From positions 984-64,983 of the forward strand of contig JAGUZN010000220.1 in assembly GCA_020060775.1 (NCBI GenBank): a stretch of 64,000 nt of DNA. Reading direction: 5' to 3'. The DNA comes from Armatimonadota bacterium (lineage in GTDB: Bacteria; Armatimonadota; Hebobacteria; CAIYQO01). This document shows, piece by piece, positions 57,364 to 64,000 of this stretch. Position 1 is the first letter of the stretch. Each line of letters opens with the position of its first letter. Position numbers and translations under genes: made by a program. Under the pieces are notes generated by a model. It was not told where the DNA came from, did no database searches, and saw only the letters and a program-made list of their open reading frames with translations.

Positions 57364-58458
57364 GTGCGTATCACACCGGTTTTTGTTGCAGTGCTGGCAG
57401 CGCTGTGGTGCTGCCTGATGTCTGCCGCTACGGCACAGGTCACGCAATTACCCGGCATTCCTGCGGAAACCAGCCCGTTGCCCGTGGAAGACACGGCACC
57501 TGCCCCCCTACCCACCGGCGAGGGAGAGGACGAGGTGGCGCCACCGCCGGCCGAAGAGGCGGCGTTACCCTCGCAGGTACGGCGGGCGGACCTGATGATC
57601 AAGCGCGGCGAAGCTGAGTTGGAATGGCGCGTGTCCTACTCGCATTTCTCCTCCAACACCCTGTTTATCGATGGCGTGGCCATGTTGCCGATCATGGTTA
57701 TCGGCAATGTGGCGGTCGAACGCGTGCGGCGCGACCTGATCATCACGTCGGCGGCGGTGCGCTACGGGTTGCAGGACAATCTGGAGGGCGAGGTTCGCCT
57801 CCCCTTCCGCTACCAGTTCGAACGCCGGGCTGTTCCCGATGCCTCGCCCCCGCAGGAAGATACGCTCAACGGCTTCGGCCTGGGTGATATCGAAGGGGCA
57901 CTGTATTACCAACTTCCCAAGACACCGCAGAGCACCGTGCGGTGGATCGTCAGCGCCGGGGTGAAAACCGCTACCGGCAAGGATATCTTCGAAATCGATA
58001 CCAACGAGGAAGTCCCACTGGGCTCGGGGTTCTGGAGTTCGAAGTTCGGCATCACCGGCATGAAGATCGCCGATCCCGCCGCGATCTACTGGAACGCGGG
58101 CTTCACCTATAACTGGCTGCGGGAGAATATCCGCATCGTCTCGACAGATCAGACGACCGGCGACACCGTAGTCAGTTACGTCAATATCAAACCGGGCAAC
58201 ACTATCGATTTCGGCGGCGGCGTGGCCTATGCGCTGAATCCCAAACTCTCCCTCAACATGGGCGTGTCCGCCAGCTTTAGCGGTTCGACCACCTCAAACG
58301 ACCGGCGCGTGCCCAACACCGCGGTGACCAGCGCCACCCTCCGGTTAGGGGCGGTGTGGGTAGGGGAAGTCCTGCCGGTTGATCTCTCGCTCGGCATCGG
58401 GCTCACGGAAGACTCTCCGGACTTCACGCTCGAATTCCGTCAGAACTATCGATTTTGA
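57364..58458 (+). CDS. Putative outer-membrane beta-barrel protein (transporter-like) with signal peptide and C-terminal aromatic residue
   Basis: Signal peptide 'VRITPVFVAVLAALWCCLMSAATAQ'; Pro/Glu-rich linker; alternating amphipathic strands; ends '...LEFRQNYRF'. Confidence 0.45.
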   Translation: MRITPVFVAVLAALWCCLMSAATAQVTQLPGIPAETSPLPVEDTAPAPLPTGEGEDEVAPPPAEEAALPSQVRRADLMIKRGEAELEWRVSYSHFSSNTLFIDGVAMLPIMVIGNVAVERVRRDLIITSAAVRYGLQDNLEGEVRLPFRYQFERRAVPDASPPQEDTLNGFGLGDIEGALYYQLPKTPQSTVRWIVSAGVKTATGKDIFEIDTNEEVPLGSGFWSSKFGITGMKIADPAAIYWNAGFTYNWLRENIRIVSTDQTTGDTVVSYVNIKPGNTIDFGGGVAYALNPKLSLNMGVSASFSGSTTSNDRRVPNTAVTSATLRLGAVWVGEVLPVDLSLGIGLTEDSPDFTLEFRQNYRF

Positions 58459-58567
58459 GCATGCCGGCAGCAGCCCGGATATCAATGGTACGGTATGGTT
58501 GAGTGGGGGAGGGCATGCCATGCATCCTTCCCCCCGCATCTTCTGACCGCTCGAATCTCGCCTGACC

Positions 58568-58596
58568 TTGCCAGAACCGGCGTTGATCCGTATACT
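58568..58596 (+). promoter_or_regulatory. Sigma70-like promoter for smc (TTGCCA-17-TATACT)
   Basis: Read directly, about 35 nt upstream of the smc ATG. Confidence 0.35.
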
Positions 58597-58631
58597 GTGG
58601 GCATTCCGGCATCCCCGCCTGACGACCGCCC

Positions 58632-61600
58632 ATGTTTCTCAAACGATTAGAGTTGTACGGATTCAAAACCTTTGCCGACCGCACCGAGCTGGAACTGGGT
58701 CCCGGCATCACGGCGATCGTGGGCCCCAATGGCTCAGGCAAAAGCAATATCAGCGATGCCATCCTCTGGGTGCTCGGCGAGCAAAGCACCAAAGCCCTGC
58801 GCAGCGCGCGGTCGACCGATGTCATCTTCAAGGGGTCGGAGTCGCGCAAGGCGCTGGGCATGGCCGAGGTCAACCTCACGCTCGACAACGAGCACGGCGA
58901 TCTCCCCATCGATTATAACGAGGTCACCGTCACCCGCTGCGTCTTCCGCTCCGGCGAGTCCGAGTACCTGATCAACCGCACCCCGGTGCGCCTGCGCGAT
59001 GTCCATGAACTGTTTATGGACACCGGCATCGGCAAGCACTCGTATTCCATCATCAGCCAGGGTGAAGTGGATGCCGTGCTTTCTTCGCGCTCGGAAGACC
59101 GTCGCGCGCTCTTTGAAGAGGTGGCGGGCATCACGAAGTACAAGCACCGCAAAAAGGAAGCCCTGCGCAAGCTCGAGCAAACACAGCAGAACCTGTTGCG
59201 CGTGAGCGATATCATCAACGAACTGGAATCACAGCTCGAGCCCATGGCCGCGCAATCGGAAAAAGCCAGGCAGTATCAGGTGCTCAACGCCGAACTCACC
59301 GACCTCCACCTTTCGCTGGTCGTCGCACAGTACCAGGGGTTGCAGGGCAGCCTGGCGCGTTCGCGCGAACGGGAAGCCGAACTGCACCAGGAACTCGAGC
59401 AGTTGCGCCATACCCTGCAGCAGGCTGAAGTGAAAGAGACGACCTTGCGCGCCGCGTTGCAGCAACTCGAGGACGAGTTGGAGGAACGGCGCGGCGTGGA
59501 GAATCGCCTGGCGGCAGCCGTGCAGGGCACGGAGAGCAAGCTTGCGTTGCTCAAACAACAGGAAGATGTCGCGCGTAAAGAGTGTGAACGCATTGAGCGC
59601 GAACGCGGCGAGGGCGAGCAACAGGCCGAAGCGCTGCAGTGCGAAATTGACACCGCCGAGCAGGAGCAGGCGCGTTTGCAGGAGATCATCGCCGGCCTCG
59701 AGGGGGAAATCGCCGCGGCGGATGATACGCTGAAAGAGGCCACTGCCGCGGTGGAAGCGGTCGCGCAACAACTCCATGAGCGGCGCGGCGCTTACCTCGA
59801 CGCCCTTGACCAGGTGGCGAAAGTGCGCAATGAACTGGCGCGCCTGGATTCGATGCTGAAAACCTCAGACGGGCGTTTGACGCGCATTGCCGAGGAACGT
59901 CGTGAAGTCGACGGCAAACTCGCTGCCCGGCGAGCAGAGAAGCAGACCGCCGATGCCCGCGTCCACGCGTGTAAAACCGCGCGCGAGTCCCTCATCGCCA
60001 GGCGTAATGAAGTGAATGCTGCCCGCCAGGCTGCCGTGGAACAGCAGGCAGAAGCGCGACAGCAGGAACATCGCCTGCGCGAAGGATTGGCCGGCTTGCG
60101 CGAGCGCCAGCGCACCCTGCAGGAATTGGAAGATTCGCTGGAAGGTTACTTTCCCGGCGTACGCGCGGTGATGGCGGCCGCACAGTCGGGCACGTTGGCC
60201 GGCTGGTATGCGCCGGTTACCGAATTGATCAATGTGCCCGCCGAGCTGGAGACGGCCGCGGAAGTCGCGCTCGGCGCGAATTTACAAGACGTGGTGACCG
60301 ATGGCGAGCAATCCGCGAAAGCGGCGATTTCCCTGCTGAAGCGCGCCAACGCGGGGCGCGCGACGTTCCTGCCGATGGATCTGATCTCCCCCGCTCCCCG
60401 GGCGACCGTGCCGGACATGGATGGCGTACTCGGTCTGTTCATGGATTTAGTGGGCTACGACCACCAGCATGAGCGCGTGGTGCAGCATATTATGGGGCGC
60501 GTGATCGTCGCGCGTGATCTGGATGCCGCGCTCGCCGCCGCCAAATCGCCGCACGCCAGCGGGTGGAATCGCATCGTCACGCTGGAAGGCGAGGTTGTCC
60601 ATCCCTCGCGCGCCATGACCGGTGGTTCGAAGGGACGGGGCAGCGGGCTGCTCACGCGCAAACGCGAACTGCAGGAACTCACCGAGCAACTGGAGACGCT
60701 GGAGCGCAAAGCGCAACAGGCGCACACGCGATATCAGGAGATTACCGCCGAGCTGCAGCGCCTGGAGGGCGAGGTGGTCCGCGTTGCCAAGCAGAGCGAA
60801 CAGGCGGCAGCGCAGCAAGCGGAGGCCGAACGCGCGGTGGCGACCGTGCAGCGCGACGTGCAGGCGCTGGATGAACGCCTCGGCGCTCTCGATGAAGAGA
60901 CCGCGTGGATCACGCGGGAGGTGGAGGAAACCCGCGCCGACCATCAGCGCTTGCTCGAGTCGCTGGCCGAAACCGAGGGACGCCAACGCGAGGCCGAGCA
61001 GGCCATTGCCGAGGCGGAGGGGACACTGGCGGCAGAACAGCGCGAGCGCGATACGGTGACCGAGCGGTTTGCCGCGCTGCGCTTAACACTGACCGAAGTG
61101 CGCGGACAGTGGCAAACCCAGCAGGCGGCAGCACGTCGGGCATCGGAGCAACGCGAAGCCCTGCACCAGCGGCTGCAGCAGCATGACAGCACGACCGCGC
61201 GGTTAGCCGAGGAGATCGCCCAACTGTGCGCGAAGCACACCGACGCCGCGGCTGAACTCGAGCGCCAGCGCGCTGCCCTGCAGAAAAGCGGGACGGATCT
61301 GGAGGGGGCGCGGGGACGGCGCACCGCCATGCTCGAGGCCATCGCCGCCAGCCTGGAAGCGCAGAAGGCCCTGCGCGAACAGGTGGAGGGCTGCCAGGAC
61401 CGCGTGCACCGCACGGATTTGCGCACCACGCAGATCGAGACGGAGCTCGGCTTCCTGGAGACGCAGTTCTTCGAGGATTACCGCCTCACCACCGAACAGG
61501 CGATTGTCCGCGCGAAACCGGTGGAACACCGCGGCGTGGCCATCGCCCGCATGAAGGAATTGCAGGCCGCCGTCGATGAGTTGGGCACCGTCAATTTGGG

Positions 61601-62204
61601 GGCCATCGAGGAGTACGACCGCATCTGCGAGCGCTTATCCTTTCTCACCGCCCAGCGCACTGATCTGGAAGAAGGGCGCGCCAGCCTGCTGAAGGTGATT
61701 GTCGAGATCGACACGACGTGCAAGGAAAAATTCCTCGAGGCCTTTGCCGCGATCGCCCGCGAGTTTCAGGACCTGTTTGCGCAACTCTTCGGCGGCGGCA
61801 CGACGCAACTCACCCTGGAAGACCCGGCGAACGTGTTGGAGAGCGGCATCGAGATTCATGTCACCATCCCGGGAAAGCGCAATCAGCATCTCCTGCAGCT
61901 CTCCGGGGGGGAGCGGGCGCTCACTGCGCTGGCGTTGCTGTTTGCCATGTTGCGCGTGAAGCCCAGCCCCTTCGTGGTGCTCGACGAGATCGACGCGCCT
62001 CTCGACGAAGCCAATGTCGGGCGCTATTGCGATGTACTGCTCGGCTTCACCGACCGCACCCAGTTCCTGGTGGTGACCCACAACAAGGGCACCATGGAGG
62101 CTGCCGACGTCCTGTACGGCGTCACCATGGAAAAGGCCGGGGTGTCCAAGATCATCGGCGTCCGCCTGTCCGACGGCCAGCAGACCCTGCCCGTCACTGC
62201 CTAA
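58632..62204 (+). CDS. smc: Chromosome segregation protein SMC
   Basis: N-terminal Walker A 'IVGPNGSGKSNISDAILWVLGEQS'; long coiled coils; hinge; C-terminal 'LSGGERALTALALLFA...FVVLDEIDAPLDEANV' signature and Walker B. Confidence 0.9.
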   Translation: MFLKRLELYGFKTFADRTELELGPGITAIVGPNGSGKSNISDAILWVLGEQSTKALRSARSTDVIFKGSESRKALGMAEVNLTLDNEHGDLPIDYNEVTVTRCVFRSGESEYLINRTPVRLRDVHELFMDTGIGKHSYSIISQGEVDAVLSSRSEDRRALFEEVAGITKYKHRKKEALRKLEQTQQNLLRVSDIINELESQLEPMAAQSEKARQYQVLNAELTDLHLSLVVAQYQGLQGSLARSREREAELHQELEQLRHTLQQAEVKETTLRAALQQLEDELEERRGVENRLAAAVQGTESKLALLKQQEDVARKECERIERERGEGEQQAEALQCEIDTAEQEQARLQEIIAGLEGEIAAADDTLKEATAAVEAVAQQLHERRGAYLDALDQVAKVRNELARLDSMLKTSDGRLTRIAEERREVDGKLAARRAEKQTADARVHACKTARESLIARRNEVNAARQAAVEQQAEARQQEHRLREGLAGLRERQRTLQELEDSLEGYFPGVRAVMAAAQSGTLAGWYAPVTELINVPAELETAAEVALGANLQDVVTDGEQSAKAAISLLKRANAGRATFLPMDLISPAPRATVPDMDGVLGLFMDLVGYDHQHERVVQHIMGRVIVARDLDAALAAAKSPHASGWNRIVTLEGEVVHPSRAMTGGSKGRGSGLLTRKRELQELTEQLETLERKAQQAHTRYQEITAELQRLEGEVVRVAKQSEQAAAQQAEAERAVATVQRDVQALDERLGALDEETAWITREVEETRADHQRLLESLAETEGRQREAEQAIAEAEGTLAAEQRERDTVTERFAALRLTLTEVRGQWQTQQAAARRASEQREALHQRLQQHDSTTARLAEEIAQLCAKHTDAAAELERQRAALQKSGTDLEGARGRRTAMLEAIAASLEAQKALREQVEGCQDRVHRTDLRTTQIETELGFLETQFFEDYRLTTEQAIVRAKPVEHRGVAIARMKELQAAVDELGTVNLGAIEEYDRICERLSFLTAQRTDLEEGRASLLKVIVEIDTTCKEKFLEAFAAIAREFQDLFAQLFGGGTTQLTLEDPANVLESGIEIHVTIPGKRNQHLLQLSGGERALTALALLFAMLRVKPSPFVVLDEIDAPLDEANVGRYCDVLLGFTDRTQFLVVTHNKGTMEAADVLYGVTMEKAGVSKIIGVRLSDGQQTLPVTA

Positions 62205-62375
62205 GAAACTGTTATGAACGTCTCTGTCCGGTCTCGCGTGATCTGTTCGCGCCAGTCCGTATCGGGACTCCTCACCCTATCGGTCTTGGAGAGTACCTCG
62301 GCGTCCCGATACGGACGGCTACGAACATCCACGGCGCGATCCGCGAACAGATCCTTTCACAACAATTTCTAACAC
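62202..62375. repeat. Copy 2 of the ~175-nt nested-hairpin repeat element, immediately after the smc stop
   Basis: See copy 1 (43609-43788); identical outer arms (...GATCTGTTCGCG.../...CGCGAACAGATCCTTTCA.AACAATTTCTAA) and co-varying inner stem. Confidence 0.6.
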
Positions 62376-62427
62376 AGAGGCGCCGCTCAACGCGACGCCT
62401 CAGAATCATTCCGCCTGCCGCAGCGCC

Positions 62428-63282
62428 CTATACCCGCGCGCCAGCCACCCGCTCGTAGAGCGCCATGAAGCGCCGCCCGTACTCGAGGTAGCTGTCGAAG
62501 AGCAACTGCTCGCGCTCCTCGCCACCGATGTCGCCGGTATGCACCACTGCAGCGATATGCGGTTCGATCGAATACCCGCCGTCATAGCCGTGCTCGAGCA
62601 GGATGCGCACCGAGTCCTCTACGCGGCAACTGCCCTCGCCCGGGTAGGTGAAGATCGGCTTGTGGTCCTCACTCATGTAACCGTCCTTGATGTGGACATG
62701 CACGACGTGATCGATTACTTTACGCAGGTAGTCCTGGGCATCCTGTTGGTGGATGAAGGTATTTCCGGTATCGAACACCAGCTTCAGCGCCGGGCTGTCC
62801 ACCCGCTCCAGCAGTTCCAGCGTGTTCTCCGGCGATTCGCCACCCCAGCCGGTGCAGTTTTCGTGCAGCAGGGTGATGCCGCCATCTTCCGCCATTGTCG
62901 CCAGTTCGCGAATGCGGCGCACCGCTTCATCGCGCCAGGCCTCATCGGACAAGCCATCGTTCTCGAACGACATGATGCGGATGAATGACGTGCCGCTGCG
63001 CTGCATGCGCGGGATCGCCTGGCGCAACTCGTTGACATCCCGTGCGAAATCACCGCTGATCTTGCGGCTCCAGTTCGCCAGCGCTGAGGCAAAGCAGCAG
63101 ATGGTCATCCCGGCTTCCTCGATGGCCTCGAGCGCACGGTCGAAGGTGGCGTCATCGACCAGTGTCGCATTCGTGCCTTCGATCAAACGCAGTTCCAGTT
63201 GTTGCCAGCCCAGTGCCTTGTGCGCGGCGATTTGCTGCGCGACTTTACCGCCGGCTTCATCGGAAATCCCAGTGAAATACAT
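62428..63282 (-). CDS. Sugar phosphate isomerase/epimerase (xylose isomerase-like TIM barrel)
   Basis: Family-typical blocks 'GWQQLELR', 'ITLLHENCTGWGG', 'VHVHIKDG'. Confidence 0.6.
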   Translation of the reverse strand: MYFTGISDEAGGKVAQQIAAHKALGWQQLELRLIEGTNATLVDDATFDRALEAIEEAGMTICCFASALANWSRKISGDFARDVNELRQAIPRMQRSGTSFIRIMSFENDGLSDEAWRDEAVRRIRELATMAEDGGITLLHENCTGWGGESPENTLELLERVDSPALKLVFDTGNTFIHQQDAQDYLRKVIDHVVHVHIKDGYMSEDHKPIFTYPGEGSCRVEDSVRILLEHGYDGGYSIEPHIAAVVHTGDIGGEEREQLLFDSYLEYGRRFMALYERVAGARV

Positions 63283-63382
63283 GGTTGCACTCCTTGAATG
63301 TGCGGGTGACAGTGTTATCCAGTGTGTATGGTTTGACGAGGCAGTAACGCATTCCTGCCCCAGATGGATAAAGTGGAATGCG

Positions 63383-63772
63383 TTAGTCGACCAATACGCT
63401 GATCAGCAGGATGATGCCGAGCATGACGACAATCATGCTCGACAGGACGACGGCGGTGACGATGCGGGTAAAGGTGCGCAACTGCTGTGCGATGGAGTCG
63501 GCGCGCTCGCGGCACTCGACCAATACGGCCGCCGGAACCATGCGCAACGCCAGCGCAATGCCCACGGGCACGATCACCAGGTCATCGAGGTAGCCGAGTA
63601 GGGGAAGCGAATCGGGGATGAGATCGATCGGACTGAGGAGGTAGGCGAGCACCAACAGCACTACCGCCCGGGCTTTCCATGGCGTCTGCTGATGCCGGAA
63701 CGCCAGGTACAACGTGGCGCTCTCACGATTCAGTCGGTGCGCCCAGGTGCGCCACCCTTTCCACGAGGCCAT
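63383..63772 (-). CDS. DUF1232 (YkvA-like) small membrane protein
   Basis: 'YLLSPIDLIPDSLPLLGYLDDLVIV' is the DUF1232 hallmark. Confidence 0.55.
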   Translation of the reverse strand: MASWKGWRTWAHRLNRESATLYLAFRHQQTPWKARAVVLLVLAYLLSPIDLIPDSLPLLGYLDDLVIVPVGIALALRMVPAAVLVECRERADSIAQQLRTFTRIVTAVVLSSMIVVMLGIILLISVLVD

Positions 63773-63775
63773 ACT

Positions 63776-64000
63776 TCAATACCCCAACGCTTGCAGGCGT
63801 TCCAACGTGAGCCCACCGGATGACTCCCGGGCGGTGAGCAGTCGGTCGATATAGCGGGCGAGGAGATCGACTTCGATATTCACACGGTCACCCACAGCAC
63901 GCAGGCTCAGCGTGGTCGCCTGCAAGGTGTGGCGGATCAGCGATACGGCGAAGGTCTCTGCGGTCACCGATACCACCGTCAAGCTGATGCCGTCCACGGC
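63776..64000 (-). CDS. ribE: Riboflavin synthase (alpha subunit), C-terminal part; gene continues beyond the window end
   Basis: 'DGISLTVVSV...VSLIRHTLQATTLS...GDRVNIEVD' lumazine-binding repeat of riboflavin synthase. Confidence 0.55.
   Translation of the reverse strand, partial: AVDGISLTVVSVTAETFAVSLIRHTLQATTLSLRAVGDRVNIEVDLLARYIDRLLTARESSGGLTLERLQALGY

Overview
GC-rich bacterial chromosomal segment (about 63-65% GC, GGAGG-type ribosome binding sites) holding several lower-GC, apparently horizontally acquired blocks inside a housekeeping backbone (leuS, smc, ribE, mtaD-like amidohydrolase, sugar-phosphate isomerases). Block 1 (about 1-8300) is a defense island that ends at a tyrosine integrase. 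It contains a 969-aa fusion of an N6/N4-type DNA-methyltransferase-like core (DPPY motif, Zn-ribbon) with a C-terminal ADP-ribosylglycohydrolase-like region, followed by a translationally coupled three-gene operon: a 357-aa unknown (APAZ-like?) protein, a catalytically inactive short prokaryotic Argonaute (MID-PIWI, 404 aa), and a protein with a C-terminal PD-(D/E)xK nuclease motif overlapping it by ATGA. A short pAgo with a standalone third-gene nuclease is the main candidate novelty. Block 2 (about 30300-43800) is a mobile-element-rich zone: an AbiEi/AbiEii toxin-antitoxin pair, a second abiEii fragment, IS66-like debris, a strongly AT-rich 3-gene insert (multi-TM protein, sodium:solute symporter, isoprenoid-synthase-like protein with two DDxxD motifs), an intact IS256-family element, an iteron-like direct-repeat array, and one copy of a ~175-nt nested-hairpin repeat whose second copy lies after smc (62.2 kb). 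Other points of interest are a tandem family of three secreted paralogs carrying a double-glycine-leader-like motif directly upstream of a secreted C39-like peptidase and an outer-membrane-barrel-like protein; a DUF5320 / twin MinD-ferredoxin ATPase / NifX-like cluster; two translationally coupled operons rich in SAM methyltransferases, nucleotidyltransferases, GNAT, HAD and nitrilase-family enzymes; and a probable T-box/attenuator leader on leuS. No rRNA, tRNA or CRISPR array was identified.
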